A stretch of 64,000 nt of DNA from Octopus sinensis (Eukaryota). This document shows, piece by piece, positions 11,949-23,589 of this stretch (its first letter is position 1; every line of letters begins with the position of its first letter). The notes beneath the pieces are model-generated. The model searched no databases and was not told where the DNA came from. It saw only the letters and a program-made list of their open reading frames with translations. The DNA lies in NCBI RefSeq assembly GCF_006345805.1, contig NC_043014.1, positions 2,666,001 to 2,730,000 of the forward strand, in the 5' to 3' direction. The position numbers and the translations under genes were made by a program.

Positions 11949-12183
11949 ACTAAGTAATTAAGGGTTCAGCAACGATTTGCCTCACCACACACCGAATTTA
12001 GAAATAGCAGTCAAAAAGTTTTGGCTATTCTTTCTACTTAAAGGGAGAGATCCCAGTAAAAGTACTTTGGTTTTACTGGGATCTCCCCTTTTAAGTAGAA
12101 AGAATAGCCAAAAGTCTTTAACTGCTATTTCTAAATTCGGTGTGTGGTGAGGCAAATCGTTGCTAAACCCTTAATTACTTAGT
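11949..12183. repeat. Foldback element (113-bp arms, 9-nt loop)
   Basis: Arms 11949-12061 and 12071-12183; shares TAATTAAGGG and AATAGCAGTCAAAA with 6734-7584; solo arm at 55895-56010. Confidence 0.8.
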
Positions 12184-12200
12184 GTATATATATATATATA

Positions 12201-12420
12201 ATAATAATAATAATGTTCGTCCTTCGGTTCGAAGATGACCAACTGACATCATCTGATGGAACTGCCGCCATGAGACCTGAGGTGGCTGGTGAGGCCAATC
12301 CGGGCAAGGAAGCCCCTCCCACAGGTGGGGCAGAAGTGGGTAGGGGCCGTGCTACTGGTGCAGGCGGCTCTGGCTTTACGCATCTGACGTTTCTGCTCCG
12401 CTGACCGAATCCGTCCCTCC
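12201..12420 (-). mobile_element. 5'-truncated RTE-BovB-type LINE with long TSD
   Basis: Intact frame ...KRQMRKAR...CPTCGRGFLARIGLTSHLRSH*, (ATT)n tail, direct repeats 12157-12200 and 12421-12464. Confidence 0.85.
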
Positions 12421-13084
12421 TCGTTGCTAAACCCTTAATTACTTAGTGTATATATATATATATATACACACACGCATAGGTGTCTAATATGTAAAATTTA
12501 CAGACACACATGCAAGACTATTAAATATATATATACATATACATAACAGCCGTGCATGTGAATATATATCCTAATTGTGGCTACTAAAATGGAAAAGTTT
12601 CTTGTTTATAGTCAAATTCCACGGCTATTAACTTCGTCACGCTCAACATGTCCCACAATGGGAAACTCGGCCAAAAGCCTCACGTGACGAAGTGTGGGGC
12701 TCAAAAAGACGAATAAAAAAGACAGGATGGTCGCAATTGGAATACCTTCGATCCTAAGTCGACTCGATAACCAGTTGACCTGGATCTGAACAACATGTTG
12801 GCTTAGTTCTTGTTTATTTATTTATCTCTTTTTGTTTTGCTAATTATATCAAATTTCTGTCTGTAGTAGTTCGACAGAGGAAACGTCAGTGGGAAACAGA
12901 CGGGACAAAGAGTATTTGAGGATGAGAGCAAAATGATTATTTGTCTTGTGATGATGTTTATAATGAAGATGACACTCAGTGGGAGGGAGAAATAATTGAC
13001 AAGCAGATACACAGATGAGGGCTACAGACTAATAGGAATGAATATACATACATAAACACACACATATATATATATATACATTTA

Positions 13085-13240
13085 TGTGTGTCCGACGAAG
13101 GGGAACATGAAACTCTGAGTAACAGTTTTAGTGATATTTCTGCTGCTTTTTAATAAAGCATGTTACTCTACCTCTGGTATTCGAGTACTATTTTGACCCT
13201 ATTTTTCCCACCTTGTTTCGCTTTTATGTGCTTTTATATA
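13085..13240 (+). mobile_element. Penelope-like pLTR fragment with degenerate hammerhead
   Basis: TGT-CCGACGA-A-GGGG-aacat-GAAA-CTCTGAG-TA-ACA; stem II incomplete. Confidence 0.45.
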
Positions 13241-13264
13241 TATATATGTACATATACAAACATT

Positions 13265-13810
13265 CACATATATACACACATATAGACAATATTTATACAC
13301 ATATAAATAAATACTTATATGCATAATTGAACATACATATACACACGTATGTATGTACGTACGTATGGTTCCTTAGGATTTAGGTTTTTCCTGGTATGTA
13401 TGACTATGATACAGAAAAACCTTATAATTAGAGCACCTGTCGCCGTGTCATATATACACATATAAATAAGTATTTATACACATATGCCCAATTGAACATA
13501 CATAAGCACACATATATACACACGTATGTATGGTTCCTTGGGATTTAGGTATTTCTTTTTTAGTATATATGGCTATAATACTAGAAAACCTTATAATTAG
13601 AGCACCTGTCGCGGTGTCATATATACACATATAGACACACATATAAATACTTATACATACACATATGCCCAATTGAACATACATAACCACACATACATAT
13701 ACACACGTATGTATGTATATAAGGTTCCTTAGGATTTAGGTATTTCTTTTTTAGTATGTATGACTTATAATATTGGAAAACCTTATAATTAGGGCACCTG
13801 TCGTGGTGTG
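13265..13810. repeat. Three tandem ~170-190-bp units
   Basis: Each ends ccttataattag(a/g)gcacctgtcg; CACCTG at 13434, 13603, 13795. Confidence 0.8.
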
Positions 13811-13960
13811 ACAGGCCTTGAATTAAAACTAGGAAGGTAGTATAAGGATGAAAATGGTAATAGAAGAGATGATAATGTCCCAGCGACCAAGGAAGGCTGT
13901 CGTAGGAACGGTGAATGGATCAAGGAAAGAAGGTGTTGCTTCGGAATGGTTCTTACTCAC

Positions 13961-14068
13961 CACACATCCTTTGCCAAGGCAACTGAACAGCAAGTCATTT
14001 TCCTGGGAGTTTAGTAGCAAACAGCCGACGTTTGTCGCTTTTTTCGACACATTATTGTTTTGACTCAT
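13961..14068 (-). CDS. WASL: WASP/N-WASP (Wiskott-Aldrich syndrome protein family), coding exon 1
   Basis: MSQNNNVSKKATNVGCLLLNSQENDLLFSCLGKGCV resembles the N-WASP N-terminus (TNVGSLLLTPQENESLFTFLGKKCV) preceding the WH1 domain; strong phase-0 donor GTG|gtgagt after CV; no WH1 exon 2 found in 1-13960. Confidence 0.85.
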
Positions 14069-14330
14069 GTTGAAGCCGGTCAGTTTTGCTGTCAGCACTT
14101 TACGTCATCATTTTTCTCAAAGAAATAATCTCCCCGAAGAAATTTTTTCATTTACCAAAAGGAAATTGTAGGAAAGTCCACCATCGACGTTGCCTCTATG
14201 ACGACGACTGCTACGCGACTTCCGGCTAATCACTCCCATAATCGCTTAAACATCAATCAACGACTCAAACGAAAAAATACAAACCGAATCACCGCAACTC
14301 AGGGATATCAATCCGCACGAGCACTTGACA
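14069..14330 (-). promoter_or_regulatory. Putative WASP 5' UTR and promoter (CpG-rich, ETS motif)
   Basis: Local CpG enrichment immediately upstream of the ATG; CCGGAAGT at 14218-14225 (minus); TSS not determinable. Confidence 0.55.
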
Positions 14331-14994
14331 TAAAATAAAAAGAACACACACACACATACACAGTCGCAAATTAAAGAAAATAATCCCATGGAAGTTTTCC
14401 AATTTACGACTTATAATAAATATTATTTTATCATAGAATAAATTCTGTTAATTCCTAACATTTCTTAAAAGCAACTGAAAGAAAAATATTTCGATTTAAC
14501 TTTTTAGTTAATGTTTGTAAAGTGGGTCTCTATCTAGAGTTAAGTGTTGGCATTTGGTCAAGTTCATGGACGTGGGCAATTCCCGAAATTAATTTAGTGT
14601 CTCATGTTGTAAGGATATTGCAATTTCTTAACAATGTGGTGACTGTTTATTGATTTTATCGATTGTAATATTGTATTTTGGCTGCGTAAAACCTTCAGTG
14701 TCATCATTCATGCTTTGGTTCGTTGTTCCTAAGTCAAGGGGGCGTATTAAAAGAGATGCGAGAGACAGAGAGAGTGAATAAAAACACTGGTGACAAGGAA
14801 CACGGACAGAGGGAAATGTCTGAATGGAGATGGTACTATACCAATCAGTTCCAGGGAGTAGGGGCAACGGAAGTTGCAATAGAAGGCCGCCTTAAGGTCA
14901 GGAAAAGAGGCTGCACCAGTAGGGGCAACGGAAGTTACTATAGAAACGAACAGGAAGGGAGGTTGCACCTGTATGGGACAAAGGGGTCGGAGTG

Positions 14995-15148
14995 CACAGT
15001 TATGCTCAGTCGTTAGAGCATGAAACCTTTAAGAGTTAACCTCAAAAATGATGTGAGGGTCACGGGTTCGTTTCCCTCTGCGGGCGCATATTGCGTTTGC
15101 TGTAGTGTACCTGAGCACTGTACACAATAATTTCATTATTATTATTAG
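14995..15148 (+). mobile_element. Short tRNA-derived SINE
   Basis: A-box tgctcagtcgttagagc, B-box ggttcgtttcc, (ATT)n tail. Confidence 0.55.
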
Positions 15149-15559
15149 GCTGTCGGTGTAGGACATCTGAGGGAGCCTCCCTCCATTGTGGGTGTCAGTT
15201 AACGGAGCTCTTCATTTACTTGCTTCATTCATGGGCTGCGGCCATGATGGAGCACTGCCGTGAAGGGTTTAGTCAGGAAAAAAGCCTGCCCCAGGTCTAA
15301 TGATTAAATCTGATACGTATTTCTTTTCTTCTTATGTAGAAGAACTACCAGGGACTTAAACCATCGCCAGTTTCTAAGCGAGAGGAACACACACACGTAC
15401 AGAGAGAAAGAGTGTGAGAGAGAGAAAGCCAAAAGTATAAAAAGACAATTGGTGCAACAGCTGAAGCCGCCAGATTGCAATATGGAGTCAGATTTTGAGA
15501 CTTGACCCACCGTATGTATGTGCATGGGCAAATATATACACACATAAGCGTTTATATAT

Positions 15560-15587
15560 AAATAAATGGATAGATAGATAGATAGAG

Positions 15588-15650
<63 letters not shown>

Positions 15651-15655
15651 TAGAT

Positions 15656-15699
<44 letters not shown>

Positions 15700-15742
15700 G
15701 TGGGTGGGTGGATGGATGGATGGATGGATGGATGGATGGATG

Positions 15743-15809
<67 letters not shown>

Positions 15810-16015
15810 GGATAGATAGATAGATATGTTTCTTTATTAGCCACACAGGGCTGCACACAGACGGGACAGATTACAAAGTAGAGCTTTTCTTTATGGGGAG
15901 AAAAGAAGAAAAAAAAAGTGGGGTAGGTTTTCGATCACAAGGGATCCTAAAAGGGAAAGGAAAGAAAAGAAGAAAAAAAACGATCAATAGGGATCGTGTA
16001 TTACAGAAATGTCAT

Positions 16016-16066
<51 letters not shown>

Positions 16067-16200
16067 GATAGATAGATAGTTAGACATAGATAGATAGAAA
16101 GATAGATAGATAGATGGATAGAGAGATAGATAGATGGATGGATGGATAGAGAGATAGATAGATAGATGGATAGATAGATAGACATAGATAGATGAATGTG
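15560..16200. repeat. (GATA)n/(GGAT)n microsatellite containing a retroelement 3' end
   Basis: Direct inspection; the minus-strand insert 15826-16010 ends in a tail ~82% like the SINE A tail. Confidence 0.8.
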
Positions 16201-16675
16201 TGTGTACGTAAATAAATTACACGTACAAAACTATGTATGTATATAATGTCCTTTGTAATTACCTCTCGGAGATGACTGCTCTCTGTTAAGGGTATGTAGT
16301 GTGAATGGGGGATGACAGGTACATAAGCAAATGCCAAGGGTCCAAAATGAATGGTACCTGCAGGAGAGGGAGGCCAGGAATACTTGGGATGAGGTGGAGA
16401 AAAATGATCTCAAGATGTAACATCTGACAATGTAGATGATTAAAGATTGTGTTGACTAATGATACATGGTGTTACACAAGATCTGACCTTCATTAGCTTA
16501 GCACATCCACCCAGGTACGCACCCTTATGGCATCTCCATTCACCTGTTGTCAGTCTTGTGCTTTTTCATTCCATGGTCATCTATCCTAACCCCTGTGCCA
16601 ATCCTGTGCCCTCTCATCCAGGGCCAGATTAAGACACATAGAGGCCCGAAGCACTTAAAGGATTTTGGTGCTCCC

Positions 16676-16717
<42 letters not shown>

Positions 16718-17183
16718 GTGTATATATATATATATATAATTCAAAATATAAACAATAATAAACCATAAAATAAATTTTATTTTTCAAAATGAAACAAAAT
16801 TAACAGAAAAATGGAAAATATTATTTATTTCTGTAAACATTTTATTTATATTTGAAAGGTTTTCTCCTATTTTTTTTTTATTGCAATGTCTTCAATTAGA
16901 TTCTCATTATGACACCACAAACACTTTGAAATTATATTTCCGATTATATAAACCATGTTGAATATTATTTTAGCAAATGTAAAGAGATTTCTTTTGTGCT
17001 GTCACCCATTTACCATTTCTGTGGTGCTTCTCTTCTCTTGACACCTTTTATAACGTGGTTTCTGTTATAATGATCAGAGTTCAATTTGTAGCTGAAAGCT
17101 TCTACCGTGCAAAAATCTGTGAAATTTCTTCATGGCAAAAATGATCACAAGAGCTTCTTTCTCTATTTAACTAATTTTTTTTC

Positions 17184-17745
17184 TAGGCGATCCAACAAAG
17201 CTACACGAAGATAGCCTCTGTGCAGCATATAAGCTACTGGGAAAGACTCAAGAGATTAAGACTCTATTCCTTAGAGCATAGGCGAGAAAGATATGCCATA
17301 ATATACATCTGGAAGATCCTAGAAGGACTTGTCCCAAACTTTGGCATCGAGAGTTACACAAATGCCAGAACTGGGCGCCACTGCATAGTGTCAAGGACTC
17401 CAAATTTGCCATCAAGATGTAGGACAAGATACTGTGATAGCCTGGGCTTCAGAGGCCCACAGTTCTTCAATATCCTCCCGAAGAACCTGAGAGACCTGCA
17501 TGGGGTGGATGCAGATGTCTTTAAAATAAAACTGGATCTCTTCCTGTCAGGTGTCCCAGATGAACCAACTTCACGGCAGGAGGTGCAGATGAGGGCAGCT
17601 GCATCGAACTCTCTCATGCACCAAATGGCAGTTGCTAAAAAGCATTCGTGAAGTAAAATCATGTAGCAACACCAAATGGCGGTGCCCCAGCATGGTCACA
17701 GCTCATGAGCTGAAACTAGATAAATAAATAAATAAATAAAAAATA
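17184..17745 (+). mobile_element. CR1/L2-group LINE 3' fragment
   Basis: YWERLKRLRLYSLEHRRERY...FNILP...FKIKLDLFL; 3' stem-loop cagctc-at-gagctg and (TAAA)n tail. Confidence 0.85.
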
Positions 17746-17884
17746 TCAGAGAATGTGAAGCATGAACCACTGCCTTCATATTACTGTCTTTATTCTTTAT
17801 ATTTGTGTAGCATTACTGTTCCTATTCCGTATTCAGAAGCTACAACAATCTCCGCTGCAGGATCAAAATGAACCAGTGACAAAT

Positions 17885-18160
17885 CCACAGCCTCGCCTGG
17901 CCACCGTGCCGGTGGCACGTAAAAAGCACCATCCAAGTGTGGCCGTTCGCCAGCCTCGTCTGGCACCTGTGTCGGTGGCACATAAAAAGCACCCACTACA
18001 CTCACGGAGTGGTTGGTGTTAGGAAGGGCATCCAGCTGTAGAAACATTGCCAGATCTGATTGGCCTGGTGCAGCCTTCGGGCTTCCCAGACCCCAGTTGA
18101 ACCGTCCAACCCATGCTAGCATGGAAAGCGGACGTTAAACGATGATGATGATGATGATGT
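17885..18160 (+). mobile_element. SINE-like family C
   Basis: Internal ~53-bp units, core and (GAT)n tail. Confidence 0.8.
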
Positions 18161-18579
18161 CAAACGCCTCTTGACAATTATTTGACCAATTCCTCTTCAC
18201 ATCCATTTTTAACAAATTATTTAGTGGAGCTCTCAATTCATGCATATTTGGTATATAATTTTCATAATAATAAGTCGCTAGACCTAAAAAGCTTGTAAGG
18301 TTGTTATATTAGTCAAAGGAGGCATATTTTTAAATGCAACTGCCCTCGACGGGTACAGTCGTCGTCCATTCCTGTCGATATTTTGTCCAAAATACTTAAC
18401 TTTAGGTTAGAAAATTTCATGTTTTTTCTCAATCAGTGGAAACCATAGTCTCTTATTTTTTCCAAAACACATTTTACATGCTTGAGATGCTGATCATGAG
18501 ATTCACTTTTAATTAATATATCATCCAGGTATGGAATTGCAAATTCACAGTCTGCTAACATTGTCTCCATAACATCCTC

Positions 18580-18842
18580 ATCATTTAGCGTCCGCTTTCC
18601 ATGCTAGCATGGGTTGGACGGTTCAACTGGGGTCTGGGAAGCCAGAAGGCTGCACCAGGCCCAGTCTGATCTGGCAATGTTTCTACGGCTGGATGCCCTT
18701 CCTAACGCCAACCACTGCGTGAGTGTAGTGGGTGCTTTTTACATCCCACCAGCACAGGTGCCAGACGGAGCTGGCAAACGGCCACGGTCAGATGGTGCTT
18801 TTTACGTGCCACAGGCACGGGGGCCAGGCGAGGCTGGCAACC
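18580..18842 (-). mobile_element. SINE-like family C
   Basis: Reverse copy of the same family. Confidence 0.8.
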
Positions 18843-19289
18843 TGTTGAAAAATTGTAATCTGTTATATAATAGTAATCTGTTATATATTTATATAGTTCT
18901 TTATGCATATTTACTGTTAGGTACTTTGAACACTCCTTGTCTACTCTAATTTGTAGGTAGAGATTCAGGTTCGAAACCACCTTGCCCCTGTTTAACTTAG
19001 CAAAAATATCGTTTGGAGTACGTAGTGGATAGTGACATTCATTCAAGCCAGTAGAAAAATCAGCACCCACCCTGATTTTGTTAATTTTTTGAAAAAATTC
19101 AAATCAGACCATGTTAACACCAAAAATTATTTACATCAAAAAGGTGCTTTTTTTCTATGAAAATCCCTATTTTTTACGATTTTTTGACTGCTGTATCGTC
19201 ATTTTTCGGTGTATTTCAACCAGAAAAATGTACACTTGAAGAGAATAACAAGCTACATAATGCAAAATTTTTACTTTTCAAAAATTCCA

Positions 19290-19339
19290 ATTCTAAAGGG
19301 TCGAAACAAACCCGAGCAACGCCGGGGCGATACTGCTAG
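19290..19339 (+). mobile_element. Helitron-like 3' terminus
   Basis: aaacccgagcaacgccggggcgatactgCTAG|T, the same end as the 104-602 and 45898-46401 elements; 5' end not located. Confidence 0.55.
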
Positions 19340-19356
19340 TATATATATATACAAAT

Positions 19357-19359
19357 GCA

Positions 19360-19405
<46 letters not shown>

Positions 19406-19695
19406 AGTGTGAGTGTGTATGAGAGTCTGTGTGTGTATTGAGTGTGTGTGTGTGTGCATGAGTGTGTGTCTGAGTGTGTGTGTGTGTGTGTGTGCGTGAG
19501 TGTGTGTGTATGTGTGAGTGTGCGTGTGTGTGTGCGTGAGTGCGTGTGTGAGTGTGTGTGCGTGAGTGTGTGTGCATGTGTGCGTATGTGTGGTGAGTGT
19601 GTGTGTGTGTGTGAGTGTGAGTGCGTGAGTGTGTGTGTGCGTGTGCGTGTGTGCGTGAGTGTGTGTGAGTGTGTGTGAGTGTGTGTGTGTGTACA
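19357..19695. repeat. (TG)n microsatellite, degenerate
   Basis: Direct inspection. Confidence 0.9.
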
Positions 19696-20504
19696 TTCTT
19701 CTTCTCTAGAATACATTCATGAATTCGGCAGACAAGCTGACACAATGTCCTTTTGAGTGGATGCAGGCAGTCGTGATAGGGAGGAAGGAAGAAAGCTTCA
19801 CCTACTTCAAACAACAACTAGAATCATCCACACACACACATCCACACACTCAAAGAGAAAGAGAAAGAAAGAGAGAGAGAGAGAACAGCGAGTGGGGGGG
19901 GAGTGTAGTTGTCTTGTGTTCTTCCTTCCTCCCACCGCCACTTCGCCTCTGCTTTCAACTCCAACGTGTTCCATTAACAGCTGCTAACCATTGTCTCTCG
20001 TCTCCTCTCCGTCTCCCTTTCAAATTGTTGCTATTTGTGCCAAAAAAAAAAAAAAAATACGAAGACAAACAAGTAGATAAATGAATAAATAATAATAATA
20101 ACAAATAATAATAATAATAATAATAGTAATCTAGTCTAAACTGGAACAATTGTCTTGGATAAATAACAAAACACCATGGCATCTACCACATTTTGGACGA
20201 ATTTAAAGTGAAAAAAAAGTGGGTATAGCTGTTTGATGTGTTAACTACTTCAAGAAATATTTGATAATAAAGTTTTTGTGGTTGTTGTTTTTTTAATTAT
20301 AATTGTTTTTTTTATTATTATTGTTCTGAGCGTATTCTCTGGTTGGAATGGTAGGCGGGCAATGGTGGTGATTTTATGGTTATGGCGACAGAGGTGGCCG
20401 GAGTTGCTTGTGGTGGATATGAATGGATTTGTTCGAGGGCAAACGGCTTATATATATATATATATATATGAACTTATATGAACTTATATATATATATATA
20501 TATA

Positions 20505-21320
20505 TATATAAATCAAAATCAAATCAAATCAAAACAAATCAAAATAGATGAACATCAATGGAATCTGTATCTCTGTGGTACCAGTGCCGGTGGCACACAA
20601 GAAAACCATCCGAAACGTGGCGGTAGCAGTACCGCATCGACTGGCCTCCATGCTGTGGGCACATAATAAACACCATCCGATCGTGGCCGTTCGCCAGCTC
20701 ATCTGGCACCTGTGTCAGTGGCACATAAAAAACACCATCCGAAGACCGCGGCAAGACTAGTCAGGCCATAACCCGTGGCCCCTACCTGGGACGTAGTCAG
20801 TCCACCTGTGCATACCTTCTTTCTTGTGACACTTGTGAAGACTGTTGAGGCAAGTGAAATCAAAATCAAAATCAAATCAAAACAAATCAAAATAGATGAA
20901 CATCAATGGAATCTGTATCTCTGTGGTACCAGTGCCGGTGGCACACAAGAAAACCATCCGAACGTGGCCGTAGCCAGTACCGCATCGACTGGCCTCCGTG
21001 CTGTGGGCACATAACAAACACCATCTGATCGTGGCCGTTCGCCAGCCTCATCTGGCACCTGTGTCGGTGGCACATAAAAAACACCATCCGAGCGTGGCCG
21101 TCCGCCAGCCTCATCTGGCACCTGTGTCGGTGGCACATAAAATCACCCACTACACTCTCGGAGTGGTTGGCGTTAGGAAGGGCATCCAGCTGTAGAAACA
21201 CTGCCAGATCTGACTGGCCTGGTGCAGCCTTCGGGCTCCCCAGACCCCAGTTGAACCGTCCAACCCATGCTAGCATGGAAAGCGGACGTTAAATGATGAT
21301 GATGATGATGATGATGATAT
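20505..21320 (+). mobile_element. Composite family C element with ~355-bp internal duplication
   Basis: The (AAATC)n-gatgaacatcaatggaatc block occurs at ~20511 and ~20866; standard family C 3' end. Confidence 0.75.
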
Positions 21321-21463
21321 ATATATATAAGTTCAGCAAAAATTTAGATTCAAATGAATATGGTACTTAATTTATATGCACCAGAATTCTGTATGGTTTT
21401 CTATATAAATCTATGGGGTGATTATAATCAAATAAGCAAACTATGTACATATACATATATATA

Positions 21464-21506
<43 letters not shown>

Positions 21507-22072
21507 ATATAGATATATATATATAGATATATATATGTATGTATATATCTATCTATCTATCTATCTCTCTCTCTCTATATATATATATATGTATACACAC
21601 ACATACATATATATATATATAAATGCTTATGTATATATATGTGCGTAAAGAGAGATAAACAGATACATACATATGTACATACATACATACATACATGCAT
21701 ACATATATACATAAAAGTACATACTCCTACGCACACAGTCACACGTACATTTACATAATTATAATCCAACCTAATCTAAATACACTTAGTCGAGAATTTA
21801 GTTCCGTGTGTAAGACAAACATGTTATTGTTTGTTGTATTGCAGTTGGGGACTTGTTTCAAATTCTTTACATGGCAACATGTTCATATTCCAGATGGTGG
21901 CCATTTATTCCTCTGTTGGCCCTGAACATGGATTAATAAACAGGATTTCTAGAGCCATGTGTCAATGACTGACGAAGGAAAAGAATGAGAACCATTGGAT
22001 AATTATTAATTATAATTGATGTCTATCTATCTATCTATTTATATCTGTCTGTTTGTCTGTCTAACATATATA

Positions 22073-22352
22073 TGCCAGCCTCGCCTGGCCCTCGTGCCGG
22101 TGGCACATAAAAAGCACCATCCGTTCGTGGCCGTTTGCCAGCTCTGTCTGGCACCTGTGCGGGTGGCACGTAAAAAGCACCCACTACACTCTCGGAGTGG
22201 TTGGCGTTAGGAAGGGCATCCAGCCGTAGAAACACGGCCAGATTTGACTGGGCCTGATGAAGCCTTCTGGCTTCACAGACCCCAGTAGAACCGTCCAACC
22301 CATGCTAGCATGGAAAACGGACGCTAAACGATGATGATGATGATGATGATGA
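22073..22352 (+). mobile_element. SINE-like family C
   Basis: Core and (GAT)n tail. Confidence 0.8.
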
Positions 22353-22479
22353 TATTCAAATTTATATGCACACACACACACACAAATATATCATACTATG
22401 AGCCTTCCATTGTAACTTTCTCTCTGTGACTTACAAAGCCTTTCGGATTTGTTTATGAATATCGTATAGTAGACGGAAA

Positions 22480-22740
22480 CTGAAAGAAGCCTGTCGTATA
22501 TATGTATATGTATGTGTCTGTATATGTTTGTGTGTCTGTGTTTGTCCCTCTAGCATTGCTTGACAACCGATGCTGGTGTGTTTACGTCCCCGTCACTTAG
22601 CGGTTCGGCAAAAGAGACCGATAGAATAAGTACTGGGCTTACAAAGAATAAGTCCCAGGGTCGATTTGCTCGACTAAAGGCGGTGCTCCAGCATGGCCAC
22701 AGTCAAATGACTGAAACAAGTAAAAGAGAGTAAAGAGAGC
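22480..22740 (+). mobile_element. SINE family B (5'-truncated)
   Basis: gtagacggaaactgaaagaagcc to gactgaaacaagtaaaaga. Confidence 0.8.
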
Positions 22741-23029
22741 ATTAAACAGTTTAAGTACATATTAACTAAATTTGACTGAAATTGATGGGTCAGCGTTTAA
22801 CCAATTGGATCTGCAAGGAGCTGTGTAAGCATTGATTTGTGTGTTCAATTCGGTCATTTGGTTGCATTTAAAAATTCTTGCTTCAAATCGGAGAATAAAT
22901 ATTATTATGATATATTAATATATATATATACATATATAATAGTTTATAACATAGGTAATTGATACCGGCAGCAAAAAACGTAAATTTCTTATCTCTTAGA
23001 TAGTTATTCCAACTGCTGACTCTGCTTAC

Positions 23030-23073
<44 letters not shown>

Positions 23074-23086
23074 TAATATATATATA

Positions 23087-23428
23087 TAAGGGTAAAGACC
23101 CCCTTCGGTCATGAATGACCATGGGATTGCACCTAGAAAGTTACCCTCCTAGACACAAGTCCGGGCAAGGTTGTTTATGGAAGGCCAGCAGTCGCCCATG
23201 CATACCAGCCTCCCCTCTCCATGCCACCAGTGTTATCCAAGGAAAGACAAAGGTCGATACAGCTTGGCACCAGTGACGTCGCACTCATTTCTACAGCTGA
23301 GTGAACTGGAGCAACGTGAAATAAAGTGCCTTGCTCAAGAACCACAACACGCAGTCCGGTCCAGGATTCGAGCTCACACAACCTCAGGATCGTAAGCTCG
23401 ACGCTCTAACCACTGAGCCATGCGCCTT

Positions 23429-23430
<2 letters not shown>
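23087..23430 (-). mobile_element. tRNA-derived SINE (separate family)
   Basis: A-box tggctcagtggttagagc, B-box-like gagctcgaatcc, central ttgagcaaggcactt domain. Confidence 0.75.
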
Positions 23431-23470
<40 letters not shown>

Positions 23471-23481
23471 ATTATATATAA

Positions 23482-23558
<77 letters not shown>

Positions 23559-23589
23559 GATAGGTAATATATATATATATATATATCAC

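Noticed and set aside
16620-17180. hAT-like terminal sequence cagggccagattaag
   Set aside because: No matching opposite TIR or readable transposase motif could be confirmed.
20505-21320. Repeated ~53-bp units with variable spacing that superficially resemble an array
   Set aside because: Internal tandem repeats of the dispersed family C element, not repeat-spacer architecture.
23370-23430. tRNA-like sequence with A and B boxes
   Set aside because: SINE head followed by a SINE body; no acceptor stem, so not a tRNA gene. The same applies to 14995-15080.
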